From Eledone cirrhosa (lineage: Eukaryota), in assembly GCA_964016885.1 (NCBI GenBank), contig OZ024742.1, forward strand, positions 6,944,001 to 7,008,000: a stretch of DNA of 64,000 bases, in the 5' to 3' direction. Shown here in pieces: positions 54,921 through 64,000 of the stretch (position 1 is the stretch's first letter; each line of letters begins with the position of its first letter). Below the pieces are notes generated by a model. That model was not told where the DNA came from. It saw only the letters and a list, made by a program, of their open reading frames with translations, and did no database searches. The translations under genes and the position numbers were made by a program.

Positions 54921-57900
54921 GTAATATACTGTCACAACCATCCAGTTCAGCCTCTCTGTGGTAATATACTGTCACCAACATCTAGTTCAGCCTCTTTCTG
55001 GTAATATACTCTCACCAACATCCAGTTCAGCCTTTCTCTGGTAATATACTGTCACCAACATCCAGTTCAGCCTCTTTCTGGTAATATACTGTCACCACCA
55101 TCCAGTTCAGCCTCTCTATGGTAATATACTGTCACCAACATCTAGTTCAGCCTCTTTCTCGTAATATACTGTCACCAACATCCAGTTCAGCCTTTCTCTG
55201 GTAATATACTGTCACCAACATCCAGTTCAGCCTCTCTCTGGTAATATACTGTCACCACCATCCAGTTCAGCCTCTCTCTGGTAATATACTGTCAAGAACA
55301 TCCAGTTCAGCCTCTCTCTGGTAATATACTGTCACTACCATCCAGTTCAGCCTCTCTCTGGTAATATACTGTCACCACCATCCAGTTCAGCCCCTCTCTG
55401 GTAATATACTGTCACAAACATCCAGTTCAGCCTCCCTCTGGTAATATACTGTCACTACCATCCAGTTCAGCCTCTTTCTGGTAATATACTGTCACCAACA
55501 TCCAGTTCAGCCTTTCTCTGGTAATATACTGTCACCAACATCCAGTTCAGCCTCTCTCTGGTAACATACTGTCACCACCATCCAGTTCAGCCTCTCGCTG
55601 GTAATATAACGTCACCAACATCTAGGTCAGCCTCTTTCTGGTAATATACTGTCACCAACATCCAGTTCAGCCTTTCTCTGGTAATATACTGTCACCAACA
55701 TCCAGTTCAGCCTCTCTCTGGTAATATACTGTCACAACCATCCAGTTCAGCCTCTCTATGGTAATATACTGTCACCAACATCAAGTTCAGCCTCTTTCTG
55801 GTAATATACTGTCACCAACATCCAGTTCAGCCTTTCTCTGGTAATATACTGTCACCAACATCTAGTTCAGCCTTTCTCTGGTAATATACTGTCACCAACA
55901 TCCAGTTCAGCCTCTCTCTCTGGTAATATACTGTCACAACCATCCAGTTCAGCCTCTCTGTGGTAATATACTGTCACCAACATCTAGTTCAGCCTCTTTC
56001 TGGTAATATACTCTCACCAACATCCAGTTCAGCCTTTCTCTGGTAATATACTGTCACCAACATCCAGTTCAGCCTCTCTCTGGTAATATACTGTCACCAC
56101 CATCCAGTTCAGCCTCTCTATGGTAATATACTGTCACCAACATCTAGTTCAGCCTCTTTCTGGTAATATACTGTCACCAACATCCAGTTCAGCCTTTCTC
56201 TGGTAATATACTGTCACCAACATCCTGTTCAGCCTCTCTCTGGTAATATACTGTCACCACCATCCAGTTCAGCCTCTCTCTGGTAATATACTGTCAAAAA
56301 CATCCAGTTCAGCCTCTCTCTGGTAATATACTGTCACTACCATCCAGTTCAGCCTCTCTCTGGTAATATACTGTCACCACCATCCAGTTCAGCCTCTCTC
56401 TGGTAATATACTGTCACAAACATCCAGTTCAGCCTCCCTCTGGTAATATACTGTCACTACCATCCAGTTCAGCCTCTTTCTGGTAATATACTGTCACCAA
56501 CATCCAGTTCAGCCTTTCTCTGGTAATATACTGTCACCAACATCCAGTTCAGCCTCTCTCTGGTAACATACTGTCACCACCATCCAGTTCAGCCTCTCGC
56601 TGGTAATATAACGTCACCAACATCTAGGTCAGCCTCTTTTTGGTAATATACTGTCACCAACATCCAGTTCAGCCTTTCTCTGGTAATATACTGTCACCAA
56701 CATCCAGTTCAGCCTCTCTCTGGTAATATAATGTCACAACCATCCAGTTCAGCCTCTCTATGGTAATATACTGTCACAACCATCCAGTTCAGCCTCTCTG
56801 TGGTAATATACTGTCACCAACATCTAGTTCAGCCTCTTTCTGGTAATATACTCTCACCAACATCCAGTTCAGCCTTTCTCTGGTAATATACTGTCACCAA
56901 CATCCAGTTCAGCCTCTTTCTGGTAATATACTGTCACCACCATCCAGTTCAGCCTCTCTATGGTAATATACTGTCACCAACATCTAGTTCAGCCTCTTTC
57001 TCGTAATATACTGTCACCAACATCCAGTTCAGCCTTTCTCTGGTAATATACTGTCACCAACATCCAGTTCAGCCTCTCTCTGGTAATATACTGTCACCAC
57101 CATCCAGTTCAGCCTCTCTCTGGTAATATACTGTCAAGAACATCCAGTTCAGCCTCTCTCTGGTAATATACTGTCACTACCATCCAGTTCAGCCTCTCTC
57201 TGGTAATATACTGTCACCACCATCCAGTTCAGCCCCTCTCTGGTAATATACTGTCACAAACATCCAGTTCAGCCTCCCTCTGGTAATATACTGTCACTAC
57301 CATCCAGTTCAGCCTCTTTCTGGTAATATACTGTCACCAACATCCAGTTCAGCCTTTCTCTGGTAATATACTGTCACCAACATCCAGTTCAGCCTCTCTC
57401 TGGTAACATACTGTCACCACCATCCAGTTCAGCCTCTCGCTGGTAATATAACGTCACCAACATCTAGGTCAGCCTCTTTCTGGTAATATACTGTCACCAA
57501 CATCCAGTTCAGCCTTTCTCTGGTAATATACTGTCACCAACATCCAGTTCAGCCTCTCTCTGGTAATATACTGTCACAACCATCCAGTTCAGCCTCTCTA
57601 TGGTAATATACTGTCACCAACATCAAGTTCAGCCTCTTTCTGGTAATATACTGTCACCAACATCCAGTTCAGCCTTTCTCTGGTAATATACTGTCACCAA
57701 CATCTAGTTCAGCCTTTCTCTGGTAATATACTGTCACCAACATCCAGTTCAGCCTCTCTCTCTGGTAATATACTGTCACAACCATCCAGTTCAGCCTCTC
57801 TGTGGTAATATACTGTCACCAACATCTAGTTCAGCCTCTTTCTGGTAATATACTCTCACCAACATCCAGTTCAGCCTTTCTCTGGTAATATACTGTCACC

Positions 57901-58604
57901 AACATCCAGTTCAGCCTCTCTCTGGTAATATACTGTCACCACCATCCAGTTCAGCCTCTCTATGGTAATATACTGTCACCAACATCTAGTTCAGCCTCTT
58001 TCTGGTAATATACTGTCACCAACATCCAGTTCAGCCTTTCTCTGGTAATATACTGTCACCAACATCCTGTTCAGCCTCTCTCTGGTAATATACTGTCACC
58101 ACCATCCAGTTCAGCCTCTCTCTGGTAATATACTGTCAAAAACATCCAGTTCAGCCTCTCTCTGGTAATATACTGTCACTACCATCCAGTTCAGCCTCTC
58201 TCTGGTAATATACTGTCACCACCATCCAGTTCAGCCTCTCTCTGGTAATATACTGTCACAAACATCCAGTTCAGCCTCCCTCTGGTAATATACTGTCACT
58301 ACCATCCAGTTCAGCCTCTTTCTGGTAATATACTGTCACCAACATCCAGTTCAGCCTTTCTCTGGTAATATACTGTCACCAACATCCAGTTCAGCCTCTC
58401 TCTGGTAACATACTGTCACCACCATCCAGTTCAGCCTCTCGCTGGTAATATAACGTCACCAACATCTAGGTCAGCCTCTTTTTGGTAATATACTGTCACC
58501 AACATCCAGTTCAGCCTTTCTCTGGTAATATACTGTCACCAACATCCAGTTCAGCCTCTCTCTGGTAATATAATGTCACAACCATCCAGTTCAGCCTCTC
58601 TATG
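54921..58604 (+). repeat. Tandem duplication, 1,842-bp unit (46 monomers + CT), itself made of related 1,002 and 840 bp halves
   Basis: GTCAAGAACA 55291/57133, the +CT insertion at about 55920/57762, and CATCCTGTTC 56221/58063. GTAATATAACGTC...CTAGGTC occurs four times, near 55601, 56603, 57443 and 58445. Confidence 0.92.
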
Positions 58605-58800
58605 GTAATATACTGTCACCAACATCTAGTTCAGCCTCTTTCTGGTAATATACTGTCACCAACATCCAGTTCAGCCTTTCTCTGGTAATATACTGTCACC
58701 AACATCTAGTTCAGCCTCTCTCTGGTAATATACTGTCACAAACATCCAGTTCAGCCTCACTCTGGGAATATACTGTCACTACCATCCATTTCAGCCTCTG

Positions 58801-61800
58801 TCTGGTAATGTACGGTCACCAACATCTAGTTCAGCCTCTTTCTGGTAAAATACTGTCACCAACATCCAGTTCAGCCTCTCTGTGGTATTATACTGTCACC
58901 AACATGCAGTTCAGCCTCTCTCTGGTGATATACTGTCACCAACATCCAGTTCAGCTTCTCTCTGGTAATATACTGTCACCAACATCCAGTTTAGCTTCTC
59001 TCTGGTAATATAGTGTCACCAACATCTAGTTCAGCCTCTCTCTGGTAATATACTGTCACCACCATCCAGTTCAGCCTCTCTCTGGTAATATACTGTCACA
59101 AACATCCAGTTCAGCCTCTCTCTGGTAATATACTGTCACTACCATCCAGTTCAGCCTCTTTCTGGTAATATACTGTCACCAACATCCAGTTCAGCCTCTC
59201 TCTGGTAACATACTGTCACCACCATCCAGTTCAGCCTCTCTCTGGTAATATACCGTCACCAACATCTAGTTCAGCCTCTTTCTGGTAATATACTGTCACC
59301 AACATCCAGTTCAGCCTTTCTCTGGTAATATACTGTCACCAACATCCAGTTCAGCCTCTCTCTGGTAATATACTGTCACCACCATCCAGTTCAGCCTCTC
59401 TATGGTAATATACGGTCACCAACATCTAGTTCAGCCTCTTTCTGGTAATATACTGTTACCAACATCAAGTTCAGCCTCTCTGTGGTAATATACTGTCACC
59501 AACATGCAGTTCAGCCTCTCTCTGGTGATATACTGTCACCAACATCCAGTTCAGATTCTCTCTGGTAATATAGTGTCACCAACATCTAGTTCAGCCTCTC
59601 TCTGGTAATATACTGTCACCAACATCCAGTTCAGCTTCACTCCGGTAATATAGGGTCACCAACATCCAGTTCAATTTCTCTCTGGTAATATACTGTCACC
59701 AACATCCAGTTCAGCCTTTCTCTGGTAATATACTGTCACCAACATCCAGTTCAGCCTCTCTCTGGTAATATACTGTCACCAACATCCAGTTCAGCCTCTC
59801 TCTGTTAATATACTGTCACCACCATCCAGTTCAGCCTCTCTATGGTAATATACTGTCACCAACATCTAGTTCAGCCTCTTTCTGGTAATATACTGTCACC
59901 AACATCCAGTACAGCCTTTCTCTGGTAATATACTGTCACCAACATCCAGTTCAGCCTCTCTCTGTAAATATACTGTCACCACCATCCAGTTCAGCCTCTC
60001 TCTGGTAATATACTGTCACAAACATCCAGTTCAGCCTCTCTCTGGTAATATACTGTCACTACCATCCAGTTCAGCCTCTCTCTGGTAATATACTGTCACC
60101 ACCATCCAGTTCAGCCTCTCTCTGGTAATATACTGTCACAAACATCAAGTTCAGCCTCTCTCTGGTAATATACTGTCACTACCATCCAGTTCAGCCTCTT
60201 TCTGGTAATATACTGTCACCAACATCCAGTTCAGCCTTTCTCTGGTAATATACTGTCACCAACATCCAGTTCAGCCTCTCTCTGGTAACATACTGTCACC
60301 ACCATCCAGTTCAGCCTCTCTCTGGTAATATACCGTCACCAACATCTAGTTCAGCCTCTTTCTGGTAATATACTGTCACCAACATCCAGTTCAGCCTCTC
60401 TATGGTAATATACTGTCACCAACATCTAGTTCAGCCTCTTTCTGGTAATATACTGTCACCAACATCCAGTTCAGCCTTTCTCTGGTAATATACTGTCACC
60501 AACATCCAGTTCAGCCTCTCTCTGGTAATATACTGTCACAAACATCCAGTTCAGCCTCTCTCTGGGAATATACTGTCACTACCATCCAGTTCAGCCTCTC
60601 TCTGGTGATATACTGTCACCAACATCCAGTTCAGCTTCTCTCTGGTAATATACTGTCACCAACATCCAGTTTGGTTTCTCTCTGGTAATATAGTGTCACC
60701 AACATCTAGTTCAGCCTCTCTCTGGTAATATACTGTCACCAACATCCAGTTCAGCTTCACTCCGGTGATATAGGGTCACCAACATCCAGTTCAATTTCCC
60801 TCTGGTAATATACTGTCACCAACATCCAGTTCAGCCTCTTTCTGGTAATATACTGTCACCACCATCCAGTTCAGCCTCTCTCTGGTAATATACTGTCACA
60901 AACATCCAGTTCAGCCTCTCTCTGGTAATATACTGTCACTACCATCCAGTTCAGCCTCTTTCTGGTAATATACTCTCACCAACATCCAGTTCAGACTTTC
61001 TCTGGTAATATACTGTCACTAACATCCAGTTCAGCCTCTCTCTGGTAATATACTGTCACAAACAACCAGTTCAGCCTCTCTCTGGTAATATACTGTCATT
61101 ACCATCCAGTTCAGCCTCTTTCTGGTAATATACTGTCACCAACATCCAGTTCAGCCTCTCTCTGGTAATATACGGTCACCAACATCTAGTTCAGCCTCTT
61201 TCTGGTAAAATACTGTCACCAACATCCAGTTCAGCCTCTCTGTGGTATTATACTGTCACCAACATGCAGTTCAGCCTCTCTCTGGTGATATACTGTCACC
61301 AACATCCAGTTCAGCTTCTCTCTGGTAATATACTGTCACCAACATCCAGTTTAGTTTCTCTCTGGTAATATAGTGTCACCAACATCTAGTTCAGCCTCTC
61401 TCTGGTAATATACTGTCACCACCATCCAGTTCAGCCTCTCTCTGGTAATATACTGTCACAAACATCCAGTTCAGCCTCTCTCTGGTAATATACTGTCACT
61501 ACCATCCAGTTCAGCCTCTTTCTGGTAATATACTGTCACCAACATCCAGTTCAGCCTCTCTCTGGTAACATACTGTCACCACCATCCAGTTCAGCCTCTC
61601 TCTGGTAATATACCGTCACCAACATCTAGTTCAGCCTCTTTCTGGTAATATACTGTCACCAACATCCAGTTCAGCCTTTCTCTGGTAATATACTGTCACC
61701 AACATCCAGTTCAGCCTCTCTCTGGTAATATACTGTCACCACCATCCAGTTCAGCCTCTCTATGGTAATATACTGTCACCAACATCTAGTTCAGCCTCTT

Positions 61801-64000
61801 TCTGGTAATATACTGTCACCACCATCCCGTTCAGCCTCTCTCTGGTAATATACTGTCACAAACATCCAGTTCAGCCTCTCTCTGGTAATATACTCTCACT
61901 ACCATCCAGTTCAGCCTGTTTCTGGTAATATACTGTCACCAACATCCAGTTCAGCCTTTCTCTGGTAATATACTGTCACCAACATCCAGTTCAGCCTCTC
62001 TCTGGTAACATACTGTCACCACCATCCAGTTCAGCCTCTCTATGGTAATATACTGTCACCAACATCTAGTTCAGCCTCTTTCTGGTAATATACTGTCACC
62101 AACATCCAGTTCAGCCTTTCTCTGGTAATATACTGTCACCAACATCCAGTTCAGCCTCTCTCTGGTAATATACTGTCACAAACATCCAGTTCAGCCTCTC
62201 TCTGGGAATATACTGTCACTACCATCCAGTTCAGCCTCTCTCTGGTAATATACGGTCACCAACATCTAGTTCAGCCTCTTTCTGGTAATATACTGTTACC
62301 AACATCAAGTTCAGCCTCTCTGTGGTAATATACTGTCACCAACATGCAGTTCAGCCTCTCTCTGGTGATATACTGTCACCAACATCCAGTTCAGATTCTC
62401 TCTGGTAATATAGTGTCACCAACATCTAGTTCAGCCTCTCTCTGGTAATATACTGTCACCAACATCCAGTTCAGCTTCACTCCGGTAATATAGGGTCACC
62501 AACATCCAGTTCAATTTCTCTCTGGTAATATACTGTCACCAACATCCAGTTCAGCCTTTCTCTGGTAATATACTGTCACCAACATCCAGTTCAGCCTCTC
62601 TCTGGTAATATACTGTCACCAACATCCAGTTCAGCCTCTCTCTGGTAATATACTGTCACCACCATCCAGTTCAGCCTCTCTATGGTAATATACTGTCACC
62701 AACATCTAGTTCAGCCTCTTTCTGGTAATATACTGTCACCAACATCCAGTACAGCCTTTCTCTGGTAATATACTGTCACCAACATCCAGTTCATCCTCTC
62801 TCTGTAAATATACTGTCACCACCATCCAGTTCAGCCTCTCTCTGGTAATATACTGTCACAAACATCCAGTTCAGCCTCTCTCTGGTAATATACTGTCACT
62901 ACCATCCAGTTCAGCCTCTCTCTGGTAATATACTGTCACCACCATCCAGTTCAGCCTCTCTCTGGTAATATACTGTCACAAACATCAAGTTCAGCCTCTC
63001 TCTGGTAATATACTGTCACTACCATCCAGTTCAGCCTCTTTCTGGTAATATACTGTCACCAACATCCAGTTCAGCCTTTCTCTGGTAATATACTGTCACC
63101 AACATCCAGTTCAGCCTCTCTCTGGTAACATACTGTCACCACCATCCAGTTCAGCCTCTCTCTGGTAATATACCGTCACCAACATCTAGTTCAGCCTCTT
63201 TCTGGTAATATACTGTCACCAACATCCAGTTCAGCCTCTCTATGGTAATATACTGTCACCAACATCTAGTTCAGCCTCTTTCTGGTAATATACTGTCACC
63301 AACATCCAGTTCAGCCTTTCTCTGGTAATATACTGTCACCAACATCCAGTTCAGCCTCTCTCTGGTAATATACTGTCACAAACATCCAGTTCAGCCTCTC
63401 TCTGGGAATATACTGTCACTACCATCCAGTTCAGCCTCTCTCTGGTGATATACTGTCACCAACATCCAGTTTGGTTTCTCTCTGGTAATATAGTGTCACC
63501 AACATCTAGTTCAGCCTCTCTCTGGTAATATACTGTCACCAACATCCAGTTCAGCTTCACTCCGGTGATATAGGGTCACCAACATCCAGTTCAATTTCCC
63601 TCTGGTAATATACTGTCACCAACATCCAGTTCAGCCTCTTTCTGGTAATATACTGTCACCACCATCCAGTTCAGCCTCTCTCTGGTAATATACTGTCACA
63701 AACATCCAGTTCAGCCTCTCTCTGATAATATACTGTCACTACCATCCAGTTCAGCCTCTTTATGGTAATATACTCTCACCAACATCCAGTTCAGACTTTC
63801 TCTGGTAATATACTGTCACTAACATCCAGTTCAGCCTCTCTCTGGTAATATACTGTCACAAACAACCAGTTCAGCCTCTCTCTGGTAATATACTGTCATT
63901 ACCATCCAGTTCAGCCTCTTTCTGGTAATATACTGTCACCAACATCCAGTTCAGCCTCTCTCTGGTAACATACTGTCACCAACATCTAGTTCAGCCTCTT
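58801..64000 (+). repeat. Tandem duplication, about 2.36-2.84 kb unit, two copies differing by whole-monomer indels
   Basis: TCTGGTAAAA 58841/61201 and TGTGGTATTA 58881/61241 (offset 2,360). TGTTACCAACATCAAG about 59454/62294 and ACAGCC 59911/62751 (2,840). TTGGTTTCTC 60671/63471 and AACAACCAGT 61061/63861 (2,800). Confidence 0.9.

Larger units (their letters stand above)
1..64000 (+). repeat. Satellite DNA array, 40-bp monomer (consensus GGTAATATACTGTCACCAACATCCAGTTCAGCCTCTCTCT), about 1,600 copies, open at both window ends
   Basis: Every line consists of the same 40-mer, typically with zero to a few substitutions. The GGTAAT register is 1+40n at position 1 and again from 14521 to 39800. 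The last monomer starts at 63964 (net +3 bp over 1,599 units). No non-repeat sequence seen. Confidence 0.99.

Noticed and set aside
22679-59008. Plus-strand ORFs at 22679, 28679, 34319, 38679, 41081 and 58808
   Set aside because: All are the same 40-codon satellite translation with one or two stops lost by point variants. The monomer length is not a multiple of 3 and the vast majority of the array keeps the stop.
1-64000. CRISPR array (repeat length and weak dyad are superficially similar)
   Set aside because: The monomers abut directly with no unique spacers, and there is no leader or cas gene.
1-64000. Giant repeat-protein gene under an alternative genetic code (TAA read as Gln)
   Set aside because: Frequent GGTGA variants would place TGA in frame, indels shift frames, and variation shows no visible codon-position pattern. 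Nothing indicates such a host.
1-64000. Telomeric repeat, rDNA/5S or tRNA-derived array, or embedded transposon
   Set aside because: No G-run telomere motif, no recognisable RNA gene or A/B boxes, and no non-satellite insertion, terminal repeat or target-site duplication.

Overview
The whole 64,000-bp window is one uninterrupted head-to-tail tandem array of a 40-bp monomer, consensus GGTAATATACTGTCACCAACATCCAGTTCAGCCTCTCTCT (about 1,600 copies, 45% GC, no CpG in the consensus, all in one orientation). It runs off both ends. I found no genes, RNA genes, transposons, unique spacers or inversions. The listed ORFs are by-products of point variants that remove the periodic stop codons. The information lies in the variants: mostly substitutions at a few monomer positions, plus only 12 small indels that I could count. 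These variants reveal nested tandem duplications of 3 to 150 monomers (about 2.9 kb, 1,240, about 1.65 kb, 1,800 nested in 6,000, 2,639, 360, 3,800, 1,842 and about 2.4-2.8 kb). They also reveal three sub-domains with different variant vocabularies, a recurrent CCGG-bearing landmark cassette, and an imperfect dyad in each monomer that several common variants improve. This looks like eukaryotic satellite DNA (heterochromatic, possibly centromeric or subtelomeric), but I cannot name the family or organism from sequence alone. All boundaries were read by eye and are approximate to about one or two monomers.
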